This document shows positions 45,026-53,147 of a stretch of DNA of 53,147 nucleotides, in pieces (within the stretch, counting starts at the first letter, position 1; each line of letters begins with the position of its first letter). A model generated the notes under the pieces. The model was not told the origin of the DNA. It did not search any database and saw only the letters and a list, made by a program, of their open reading frames with translations. The stretch is from a bacterium (lineage in GTDB: Bacteria; CG2-30-53-67; CG2-30-70-394): NCBI GenBank assembly GCA_024278555.1, contig JAJRSX010000079.1:1-53147 (forward strand), read 5' to 3'. A program made the translations under genes and the position numbers.

Positions 45026-46257
45026 GGGGTGGCAGCCTCCGCCTTCACCTCCGCTTCAGCGACGGTGGAGGACGCCTCGATCCGCTCCCGCCACGCCTCC
45101 AGTCGATCCGCGAGCCCCGCCTGCTCCAGGTACGCCTCATCTATCTCACCGGCATAGCGGGTCGGGTGGTCGGTCGGGGTCGCCCCCTCCAGGCAGTTGA
45201 CCACGTGGACCGCGGCCAGGGGGGTGAAGCCGTCCGACGGACATGCCTCCGGGCGGTGGTGGAAGGCGACCGCCTCGACAATCCCGTCGGGCAGCCCCCA
45301 GAGGCCGAGGAGGTAGGCGCCCACCTCGGCGTGGGTGGTACCGAAGACTTGGCGCTCGGCGGAGAGGAGATCGCGCTTGCCCCCGTAGACCATTCCCTCC
45401 ACCTCGGCGTATGGCGCTGGCAGGTTGACCCGCAGGATCATCTTACCCAGGTCGTGGAGCAGTCCGGCCATGAGTGCCTCCTCGCCGATCTGCTTCTCGC
45501 CGCTCTCCGCCAGGGCGATTTGTTTGGCCATCGTGCCCACCGCCAGGCTGTGGCTCCACAACGCCTCGATGGGGAAGTGGTTACCGGTCGCCTCCTTGAG
45601 CTCGGCGAAGACGTGGACCGACAGAACCAGGGCGGTGATCGTCTCCAGCCCGAGGAAGCTCACCGCCTCGCGGGCGTCCGAGACCTCGCGCCGGAGGCCG
45701 AAGAAGGCCGAGTTGACGAGCTGCAACACCTTCGCGGCCATCGCCGGCTCCTGGCCGATCACCTCACCCACGGCGGCGAGCGAGGCTTCGGGCTGTTGCA
45801 GGACCTCGACGATCTTCTGGTAGAGGGTGGGTAGGGAGGGGAGGGTGGTCAGCCCCGCGGCGAGCGCCTGGAGCTGTCCGTCGGCGAGCAGCTCGCGAAG
45901 GGCGAAGGCGCGCTTGAGGGTGGCGCGCAGGAGGTCCGGGTCGCACGGCTTGGTGAGGTACTGGTGGGTCGGTCCCACCGACTTCATCACCAGCTCCAGC
46001 TCCGAGTGGCCGGAGAGGATGATCCGCACCGTCTCCGGGTAGAGCTCCTTCATCCGCCCGAGGAGCTCGGCGCCGTCCATCCCCGGCATCCGCATGTCGG
46101 AGACGACCACGTCGAAGGGAATCTTCGTCAGCATGTCGAGGGCCTCCTCGCCGGACTCGGCAAAGGCCATCTCCCACTCCTTGCGCTGGGAGCGGAGCTG
46201 TCGCTTCAGTCCCGAGAGGATGTTCGGCTCGTCGTCAACGAAGAGGATGCGTTTCAT
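45022..46257 (-). CDS. Response regulator with HDOD domain
   Basis: VDDE, SDMRMP; LPSLP, VNSAFFG, LWSHS, GLLHDLGK, LWGLP, FHHRP. Confidence 0.92.
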   Translation of the reverse strand: MKRILFVDDEPNILSGLKRQLRSQRKEWEMAFAESGEEALDMLTKIPFDVVVSDMRMPGMDGAELLGRMKELYPETVRIILSGHSELELVMKSVGPTHQYLTKPCDPDLLRATLKRAFALRELLADGQLQALAAGLTTLPSLPTLYQKIVEVLQQPEASLAAVGEVIGQEPAMAAKVLQLVNSAFFGLRREVSDAREAVSFLGLETITALVLSVHVFAELKEATGNHFPIEALWSHSLAVGTMAKQIALAESGEKQIGEEALMAGLLHDLGKMILRVNLPAPYAEVEGMVYGGKRDLLSAERQVFGTTHAEVGAYLLGLWGLPDGIVEAVAFHHRPEACPSDGFTPLAAVHVVNCLEGATPTDHPTRYAGEIDEAYLEQAGLADRLEAWRERIEASSTVAEAEVKAEAATP

Positions 46258-46480
46258 GGCTCGCTTCGCTCTCCAGGGGTTAGGGAATAGGGATTAGGGG
46301 TGGTGCCGGCCTGCGGCCGGCGATGATCTTGGGCTCGCTTTGCTCGCGGGGGGTGGGTGGGGGGATGGTTGGCCGCTTGCGCGGCCAAATGGTTCATTCG
46401 GTTGGGTGGCTTCCATCGGCATCTCTGTCCAGCCCGGAGGGCTGACCTTCCCTAGCCCCTAGTCCCTAACCCCTATTCCC
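46258..46480. repeat. Intergenic element with TAGGG/CCCTA periodic ends, copy 2
   Basis: TAGGGAATAGGGATTAGGGG ... CCTAGCCCCTAGTCCCTAACCCCTATTCCC; shares internal motifs with 3344-3500. Confidence 0.65.
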
Positions 46481-48470
46481 TGGGGGCCGAGCCCCCCCCC
46501 AGCGGCAGCCGGATCACGAACACCGTTCCCTTGCCCATCTCGGTCTCGAAGGTGAGGGTGCCGCCGTGCTTGTCCACCACCACCGAGTGGGAGATGGAGA
46601 GCCCCTGGCCGGTCCCCTTGCCCACCTCCTTGGTGGTGAAGAAGGGGTCGAAGACCCTGGCGCGGGCATGGTCGGGGATTCCACTGCCGGTGTCGCGGAT
46701 GCGGATCTCCACCCACGGGCCGTGTTGGCGGCTGGTAACGGTGATCTGCCCCTTGTCGCCCGAGTCGCCCACCACGTCGCGGATCGCGTGGGCGGCGTTG
46801 ACAATGATGTTGAGGAAGACCTGGTTGAGCTCCGCCGCCAGACACAGGACCGGCGGCAGGTTGGGGTCGAGGTCGGTGGTCAGCTCCGCCACGTATTTCC
46901 ACTCGTTGCGCGACACAGTGATCGTCGATTCGATCTGCTTGTTGAGGTCGGTGGGGTGCTTCTCTGCCTGGCTCGGGTGGGAGAACTCCTTCATTGCCGC
47001 GACGATGGTGTTGACCCGCTCGATCCCCTCCAGGGACTGGTGGATGGCGGTGGGGATCTCGTCGTTCAGGTAGTCGAGGTCGGCCTCCTCGATCGCCGCG
47101 TCGGTCGCGGCTACCACCTCCGGGGCGAGGGTGCCGGTGCGTGCAGCCTCCAAGAGGGTCTGGAACTGGGTGAGGAGGGTGGTGAGGTCGGTGAAGGCCT
47201 CCTCCAGGAAGCGGATGTTGTCGCCCACGTACTGGGTGGGGGTGTTGATCTCGTGGGCGATGCCGGCGGCGAGCTGGCCGATCGACTCCAGCTTCTGCGC
47301 CTGCGAGAGCTGGCTCTCCAGGTGGCGGCGGTCGGTGATGTCGGAGGCGAGGAGGAGGCACCCCTCGGCCCTGCCATCGCTGCCGGTCACCGGCGTGAGG
47401 GTGATGCCGAGCAGGCCGTCGCGGCCGTCGGGACGGACAAAGAAGACGTCGTCGAGGCGGAGGGGCTTCCCTTCGGTGACGCACGTAGCCACCGCCTCCT
47501 CCATCTTCATCATGTGCCAGAGGATGCGACACTTCTTGAAGGGGCGGCCGACTACCTGCTCTGCGGCGATCGCGAAGGTGTGCTCCGCGGCCGGGTTCCA
47601 CTGGCTGATCCGCCCGTCGTCGTCGACCCCGATGAGGATCGACGGGATGGTGGCCAGCAGCAGGGTGTTGGCGCGGTGGGCCCTGTGCAGGGCCTCCTCT
47701 GCCGCCTTCGCCTCGGTGATGTCGTTCTTCACCGCCAGGTAGTGGGTGGTGATCCCCGCCTCGTCGCACAGGGGTGAGATCGACACCTGCTCCCAGAAGA
47801 GGGTGCCGTCCTTTCTGCGATTGCACAGCTCGCCGCGCCACTCCTTGCCCGCGGTGATCGTCGACCAGAGATCCTCGTATACCTCTGGTGCCATGTTGCC
47901 CGACTTCAGTACCCGCGGGTTGCCGCCGAGCGCCTCGTCGGTGGTGTAGCCGGTCACCTCGGTGAACCGCTGGTTCACGTACTCGATGGTCCCTTCGGTG
48001 TCGGTGATCACCACCGACGCAGGCGACTGCTCCACCGCCTGGACGTATCGGTCGAGCTCCTCGCGGGTCTGGCGCGCCTCGGTGATGTCGGTGAGGAGCA
48101 CGGCAATGCTCCCTGCCGTCCCGTCGTTCACGATGGGGTGGCGGTTTACCTCGAAGAGACGATCTCCCGCCGGCGTCGGCCAGGTCTCGGCAAAGACCAC
48201 CGGGACCTGCTCGGCGAGGGCCATCCGGTCCCACTGCTCGGCCCCCTCCGCGAGCTCGGCGGGCAGAAGATCGGCGTCGGTGCGTCTCACCACCTCCTCG
48301 GGGGTGAGACCGAGGAGGGCGCAGAAGGCGGTGTTGGCGATCTGGTAGACGAGCCCCTCATCCTTGACCGCCATCGGCAGCGGTGACAGGTTGAGGAGGG
48401 CGTGGAGGAGGGTGCAGCCGCTGATGCTCGACTGGCGGCAGGTGGTTCGATGGGCTGTGGGATCGGCCAT
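46473..48470 (-). CDS. Cytoplasmic multi-PAS NtrB-type histidine kinase
   Basis: Three PAS/PAC domains, QKLESIGQLAAGIAHEINTP, FDPFFTTKEVGKGTGQGL. Confidence 0.93.
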   Translation of the reverse strand: MADPTAHRTTCRQSSISGCTLLHALLNLSPLPMAVKDEGLVYQIANTAFCALLGLTPEEVVRRTDADLLPAELAEGAEQWDRMALAEQVPVVFAETWPTPAGDRLFEVNRHPIVNDGTAGSIAVLLTDITEARQTREELDRYVQAVEQSPASVVITDTEGTIEYVNQRFTEVTGYTTDEALGGNPRVLKSGNMAPEVYEDLWSTITAGKEWRGELCNRRKDGTLFWEQVSISPLCDEAGITTHYLAVKNDITEAKAAEEALHRAHRANTLLLATIPSILIGVDDDGRISQWNPAAEHTFAIAAEQVVGRPFKKCRILWHMMKMEEAVATCVTEGKPLRLDDVFFVRPDGRDGLLGITLTPVTGSDGRAEGCLLLASDITDRRHLESQLSQAQKLESIGQLAAGIAHEINTPTQYVGDNIRFLEEAFTDLTTLLTQFQTLLEAARTGTLAPEVVAATDAAIEEADLDYLNDEIPTAIHQSLEGIERVNTIVAAMKEFSHPSQAEKHPTDLNKQIESTITVSRNEWKYVAELTTDLDPNLPPVLCLAAELNQVFLNIIVNAAHAIRDVVGDSGDKGQITVTSRQHGPWVEIRIRDTGSGIPDHARARVFDPFFTTKEVGKGTGQGLSISHSVVVDKHGGTLTFETEMGKGTVFVIRLPLGGGSAPRE

Positions 48471-49078
48471 TACGATTTCCTGACGGGAACCGCCCCCGGC
48501 GCCCGGCGGTCCACCGCCCCTACCGGCCACTGCTCGGCGAAGGTGTCGACGGTGAAGGTGGCGATCTCCGTCCCCGGCCGCCGCCAGAAGGCGGCGCCGA
48601 GGCCGCACCGTTCGCACGCCCGATCGAGGATCCCGGGGAGGGTGGAGACGGCCGTGGTGAGGGCCGGCGGCGGCAGGACCAGGCGGCGGTCGTCGTCTTC
48701 GATGACCACCCCGTGGTGGCCGGGGACCACCGCCGCCTCAACGCTCCCGGCGGAGAGGGGGATCGGTTTCGAGGCGATGGAGATCTCCAGGGTGTGGTGG
48801 GCCACCGTCTTGGCGGTGACCGGCTGCCCCTGCGGGTGGCGGCCGAGGAGGATGGCGGCGTTTACCGCCGCCTCCACCACGGTTGGCGGGTCGTAGAGGA
48901 CCCCCATGGCGCCCCGGTGGGCGTGGTCCGGGTAGGTGTAGAGGCTCACCCACATGGCACGGCGGATCTCCATGCCGTCGGGCGGTTCCGGCGGCGTGCA
49001 CTCGATATTATCCTCGACCCACAGGGTGAGGGCGGCGCGTGCCAGTCTGAGCAGGTAGGACCCGTCGTCGATCTCCAT
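48470..49078 (-). CDS. Divergent AMMECR1-domain protein
   Basis: LLRLARAAL, WVSLY, HRGAMG (cf. LRGCIG), LEISI, PGHHGVVI, ACERCGL, FAE. Confidence 0.75.
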   Translation of the reverse strand: MEIDDGSYLLRLARAALTLWVEDNIECTPPEPPDGMEIRRAMWVSLYTYPDHAHRGAMGVLYDPPTVVEAAVNAAILLGRHPQGQPVTAKTVAHHTLEISIASKPIPLSAGSVEAAVVPGHHGVVIEDDDRRLVLPPPALTTAVSTLPGILDRACERCGLGAAFWRRPGTEIATFTVDTFAEQWPVGAVDRRAPGAVPVRKS

Positions 49079-49210
49079 GACTCCTCTCTTCGTCGAAAGG
49101 CGCGGGTGGCAGTAGAGAGGCAGACAGCACCAGCCGCCCACCCCGTTCACCGGCCCAGAAAAAGGGGCCAGGACCCTTTTTATCGCTCGTCGGAAGGGTA
49201 TGTAGCCGTT

Positions 49211-49254
49211 GCTGACCGCTGACCGCTGACCGCTGACCGCCTACTTCCTACTTC
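49211..49254 (+). repeat. Heptamer tandem repeats
   Basis: (GCTGACC)x4 then (CTACTTC)x2. Confidence 0.85.
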
Positions 49255-49279
49255 GCGCGTGCGGGTACACTCCGGCGCC

Positions 49280-50338
49280 ATGATCGACACCCTCCTCGTG
49301 GACTGGTCCGGGACCCTCGCCGACGACCTCGGCGCGACCCTCACCGCTACTAACGCGGTCTTTGCCGCCTACGGCGAGCCGCCCCTGGACCGCCCCACCT
49401 TCCAGCGCGAATTCGAGCTCCCCTTCATGCGCTTTTACGGCCGCTTTCTGCCGGGCCGTTCGCGCGAGGAGGTGGACGCGTGCTTCTTCGCCGCCTACGA
49501 GCCCTTGCGCCACCAGGTCCCGCTTCTACCGGCGGCGCGGGCGCTGCTCTCCTTCGCCCACGACACCGGTATTCGAGTCCACCTCTTCTCCACCATGCGG
49601 CCGGACCTGCTGGAGGCGGAGGTGGAGCGTCTCGAACTCGCGGAGCTGGTAGACGGCGTCCACGGCGGCGTCGGCGACAAGCGGCAGGCGATGGCGCCGC
49701 TCTTGGCGGAGCTCGATGCCCGCCCCGACGCCACCGTGTTCGTCGGCGACATGGTCCACGACGTGGAGGCGGCACGGGCGGCCGGGGTGCGGGCGGCGGC
49801 GGTGGCCACCGGCTACACCGGCCGCGCCGCCCTCGCCGACGCCCACCCCGACTACCTCTTCGATGACCTCGGCGAGGTGGTGGCCCTCCTGGCCCGCGAC
49901 GGCGGGGTCGAGCGGCTGGCCATGCCGATCGCCACGGTGGGGGGGCTCATCGTCCACGACGACGGCGAGCTCCTCCTGATCCGTACCGCCAAGTGGTCGG
50001 GAAAGTGGGGGACGCCAGGGGGCAAGATCGACTACGGGGAGACCATGGAGCAGGCCTTCCTGCGCGAGGTGGCGGAGGAGACCGGCCTGGTGCTCACCGA
50101 CCCTGAGATCCTCCTGGTGCAGGAGGCGGTCTTCTCCCCCGAGTTCCACACCAAGAAGCACTTCCTCCTGGTGAACCTGCGCGGGAGCGCCCACACCAAG
50201 GCGGTGCGCCTCAACTACGAGGCCCAGGACTACGCCTGGGTCACCCCGGAGGCGGCCCTGGCCATGGAGCTCAACGAGCCGACCCGGGTGCTCATCGAGG
50301 CGGTTTTCGTCGGCGACGAAAACCGAGCTGAAAGGTGA
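49280..50338 (+). CDS. HAD phosphatase-Nudix hydrolase fusion
   Basis: DWSGTLAD, FST, GDK, VGDMVHD; Nudix box GGKIDYGETMEQAFLREVAEETG. Confidence 0.9.
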   Translation: MIDTLLVDWSGTLADDLGATLTATNAVFAAYGEPPLDRPTFQREFELPFMRFYGRFLPGRSREEVDACFFAAYEPLRHQVPLLPAARALLSFAHDTGIRVHLFSTMRPDLLEAEVERLELAELVDGVHGGVGDKRQAMAPLLAELDARPDATVFVGDMVHDVEAARAAGVRAAAVATGYTGRAALADAHPDYLFDDLGEVVALLARDGGVERLAMPIATVGGLIVHDDGELLLIRTAKWSGKWGTPGGKIDYGETMEQAFLREVAEETGLVLTDPEILLVQEAVFSPEFHTKKHFLLVNLRGSAHTKAVRLNYEAQDYAWVTPEAALAMELNEPTRVLIEAVFVGDENRAER

Positions 50339-50344
50339 TTTGTG

Positions 50345-50713
50345 ATGGCTGACAAGATCCAGATTCACGACCTCGCCGTCGACTGCGTCATGGGGATCCA
50401 CCCGTGGGAGCGGCAGCACGCCCAACGCCTCTTCATGGACGTGGAGATGGCGTTCGACGTGCGCCCCGCGGCGGCCGACGACGACTTCACCAAGACCGTC
50501 GACTACGACGCTGCCTCGCAGGGGGTCGAACGGATCGCGGTGGAGTGGCGGTTCCGGCTCATCGAGACCCTCGCCGAGCGGGTTGCCGCGTGGCTCCTGG
50601 AGACCACCCCGATCGATGCGGTCACCGTGCGGGTGCGCAAGCCGCAGGCGTTGAACAGGGCGGCGTGGGCGGGGGTGGAGATCCACCGCCGGCGCGGCGA
50701 GGGCGGAGGGTGA
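50345..50713 (+). CDS. folB: Dihydroneopterin aldolase
   Basis: MGIHPWER, QRL, TVDY, LIETLAERVA, VRKP. Confidence 0.92.
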   Translation: MADKIQIHDLAVDCVMGIHPWERQHAQRLFMDVEMAFDVRPAAADDDFTKTVDYDAASQGVERIAVEWRFRLIETLAERVAAWLLETTPIDAVTVRVRKPQALNRAAWAGVEIHRRRGEGGG

Positions 50714-51432
50714 GGCGGGTCGCTCTGGTCACCGGCGCGGCCCGCCGCCTCGGCGCGGCCATCGCCCGCCACCTCGGGGGTGCGGGCTACGCCACCGTCG
50801 TCCACTACCGCGAATCGCGGGAGGCGGCGGAGGCGGTGGCGGGGGCGATCCGCGCCGCCGGCTCCGAGGCGTGGTGTATGGCCGCCGACCTCACCGTCGA
50901 GGCTGAGGTGGCCGCCCTGTTCGAGGAGGTGGCGACGGTAGCGGGCCGGCTGGATGTGGTGGTGAACAACGTCGGCACCTACCAGGTGAAGCCGGTGGAC
51001 GAGCTCACCCCGGCGGACTGGCGCTACGTGGTCGACGGCAACCTCACCGCCACCTTCCACTGCTGCCACTTCGCCCTGCCGCACCTGCGGGCCAGCGCCC
51101 CGGGCGGCCGGATCATCAACCTCGGCTACGCCTCCTGCGGCCGCATGGTCGCCCGACCCCGTGCCGCCCACTACCAGCTCGCCAAGACCGGGGTGCTGCT
51201 CTATACCCAGGCCCTGGCCAAGGCGGTTGCGGCCGACGGGATCACCGCCAACTGCCTCTCTCCCGGCCACCTGGAAAACTCGGTGGACCTCCCGGAGGAC
51301 CCCGCCGCCATCCCCGCCGGCCGCCCGGCCGCCGAGGTGGACGTGCTCGCCGCCCTCGACTACCTGCTCTCCGACGGCGCCGCCTACGTCACCGGCCAGA
51401 ACCTGGAGGTCGCCGGCGGGTTCAACCTGTGA
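50710..51432 (+). CDS. Pteridine reductase/FolM-like SDR
   Basis: TGAARRLG, VVHYRES, YQLAK, VTGQNLEVAGG; overlaps folB stop. Confidence 0.8.
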   Translation: MRRVALVTGAARRLGAAIARHLGGAGYATVVHYRESREAAEAVAGAIRAAGSEAWCMAADLTVEAEVAALFEEVATVAGRLDVVVNNVGTYQVKPVDELTPADWRYVVDGNLTATFHCCHFALPHLRASAPGGRIINLGYASCGRMVARPRAAHYQLAKTGVLLYTQALAKAVAADGITANCLSPGHLENSVDLPEDPAAIPAGRPAAEVDVLAALDYLLSDGAAYVTGQNLEVAGGFNL

Positions 51433-51483
51433 TGTTGGGCGGCGACCGTACCGGGCTACGGGACCCGACGCCGAACCTCGACG

Positions 51484-51999
51484 TTAGTGGTGGTGCTCTC
51501 CCGCCGGGGGCGTGGCGAGGGCGGGGAACCGCTGGGTGGCATACCGGGTGTGGCAGCCCACACACCCCTCCATGAGCCGCTGGAGGTAGAAGGTGACCAC
51601 CTCTCCGTTACCCGCCTCCGCGGCGTGGGCCAGCATGCCCGCGGTGTGGTGAAAGGCGCCGTCCATCTCCCGGAACCGTGGCGGCAGAGTGCGGTGCAGC
51701 TCGTGTCGCTGCCGCGGGGAGAGCCGCTGCTTCATGATGAAGCTGTCACGGATCTCCCGGCCCGTCGCGGCGACCTCCTCCCACTTGCCCGATGCGATCG
51801 CCGGGATGAGCCCCTTCATCCCGGCCTCGATGGCGCGCATCTCCTGCCTGAGGATCTTCGCCACGCCGGGGGAGAGGCGGAGCTCTGTCGCCGCCGGTGA
51901 GGAGCCGGAGTGCTCGTGCTCGCCCGCCGCGCTGTCTGCCGGCGCGAGGGCAAATGCCAGGATCCAGAGAGAACAGAGCATCGAGAGAGCTGTCTGCAT
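51484..51999 (-). CDS. Secreted class II (four-helix) c-type cytochrome
   Basis: Signal peptide, helical body, C-terminal CVGCH. Confidence 0.75.
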   Translation of the reverse strand: MQTALSMLCSLWILAFALAPADSAAGEHEHSGSSPAATELRLSPGVAKILRQEMRAIEAGMKGLIPAIASGKWEEVAATGREIRDSFIMKQRLSPRQRHELHRTLPPRFREMDGAFHHTAGMLAHAAEAGNGEVVTFYLQRLMEGCVGCHTRYATQRFPALATPPAGEHHH

Positions 52000-52045
52000 C
52001 GAAGTCGCCTTTGCATCGGGGAGGGTGATCGGTGGCCGATTCCGA

Positions 52046-53147
52046 TTACACCGCCTGCAGCGGCGCGCGGCTGGCGAGCATCCGTTTGACGCCGACGGTG
52101 GGGAAGCGGACCGAGACCTTGAGCTCGCCGCCGTCGCCCTCGCGGGCGACGACCTTGCCGTCGCCCCAGCGGGGGTGGGTGACGTGGGCCCCGAGGGGGA
52201 AGGGGTCGTTCACCGGCGCCGCCCGCATGGCGGCGACGGGGGTGCGGCGGGGTAGCGGGGCGGCCATTCGCGGCGGCGCCGGGGGCGTGTCGATCTCCAG
52301 GAGCGACTCGGGGATCTCGTCGAGGAAGCGCGACGGGTTGTTGTACTGGACCGTCCCTTGGAGGTGGCGGCGGGTGGCCAGGGTCAGGTAGAGGCGCTCC
52401 TTCGCCCGGGTGATGCCGACGTAGGCCAGCCGCCGCTCCTCCTCGACCTCCTCCTCCGATCCTTGCGACATCTTGTGCGGGAAGAGCCCCTCTTCCAGGC
52501 CGGTGATGAAGACCACCGGGAACTCCAGCCCCTTGGCGGCGTGCAGGGTCATCAGGGTGACCACCTCCCGCCCGTCGGCCGCCTCGTCGAGGTCGGTGAC
52601 CAGGGAGATCTGCTCCAGGTAGGCGGCGAGGTCGATCTCCGGGTCGTTGGCCACCGCGCGGGTGATGGCGGTGGCGAGCTCCTGGACGTTCTCCACCCGG
52701 CTCACCGACTCGGTGGTCCCCTCGCGGGCAAGGTGGGCGACCAGGCCGGTCTCCGCGAGGAGCGCGTCGAAGAGGGCGGGCAGGGGGAGGTCGGCCACCG
52801 AGCGCAGCCTGGCCCACAGCTCGGTGAGGCGGGCGAGGGCGTTGCGCGTCCGGCCCGGGAGGGTGGCGTCGTCGAGGCAGTGGCCCACCGCCCGGTAGAG
52901 GGAGCACGAGCGGCGCACCGCCGTCTGTCGTAGCCGGGCGAGGAGGTTGGCGCCGATGCCGCGCGGCGGCAGGTTGATGATCCGCTCGAAGGAGACGTCG
53001 TCGTCCGGGTTCACCAGGACCCGCAGGTAGGCGAGGCAGTCTTTGATCTCCTTGCGCTCGTAGAACCGCTGGCCGCCGTAGACCGCGTAGGTGAGGTTGT
53101 GGGCGCGCAGGGTCGCCTCCAGGACCCGGCTCTGGGCGTGGGTGCGG
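52046..53147 (-). CDS. uvrD: UvrD/PcrA helicase, 3' part (runs off window)
   Basis: FYERKEIKD, TLMTLHAAKGLEF, EEERRLAYVGITRA, PSRFLDE, C-terminal HPRWGDG Tudor-like domain. Confidence 0.95.
   Translation of the reverse strand, partial: RTHAQSRVLEATLRAHNLTYAVYGGQRFYERKEIKDCLAYLRVLVNPDDDVSFERIINLPPRGIGANLLARLRQTAVRRSCSLYRAVGHCLDDATLPGRTRNALARLTELWARLRSVADLPLPALFDALLAETGLVAHLAREGTTESVSRVENVQELATAITRAVANDPEIDLAAYLEQISLVTDLDEAADGREVVTLMTLHAAKGLEFPVVFITGLEEGLFPHKMSQGSEEEVEEERRLAYVGITRAKERLYLTLATRRHLQGTVQYNNPSRFLDEIPESLLEIDTPPAPPRMAAPLPRRTPVAAMRAAPVNDPFPLGAHVTHPRWGDGKVVAREGDGGELKVSVRFPTVGVKRMLASRAPLQAV

Overview
High-GC window from a diderm bacterium; the gene content is Deltaproteobacteria/Nitrospirota-like, but taxonomy cannot be fixed from sequence alone. 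The housekeeping backbone includes an amidohydrolase, an ABC permease, tandem-domain ThyX, selA, a FabG-like SDR, RNase P RNA, recG, rpmB, a PabB/TrpE-like protein, tRNA-Ala(CGC), the lptCAB-rpoN-hpf-ptsN-hprK-rapZ-EIIA-ptsH-ptsI operon, two-component genes, a folate/pterin cluster and partial uvrD. A ~10 kb accessory metal/sulfur region (20.0-29.9 kb) is full of fused gene remnants. Best leads: (1) an ArsR-linked ArsM-like methyltransferase whose in-frame UGA, followed by a bacterial SECIS-like hairpin, falls on the conserved Cys, i.e. a hidden selenoprotein with an atypical Cys set; (2) a HAD+Nudix fusion upstream of folB that may supply the unassigned dihydroneopterin-phosphate phosphatase; (3) a shared four-half-site enhancer plus sigma54 promoter upstream of both PEP-CTERM genes; (4) a non-coding repeat whose 103-bp core lies in opposite orientations between 29-bp inverted repeats in different copies; (5) repeated fusion of gene remnants at apparent microhomologies. 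No CRISPR array, transposase or integrase was seen. Family assignments come from motif recognition only; no searches were run.
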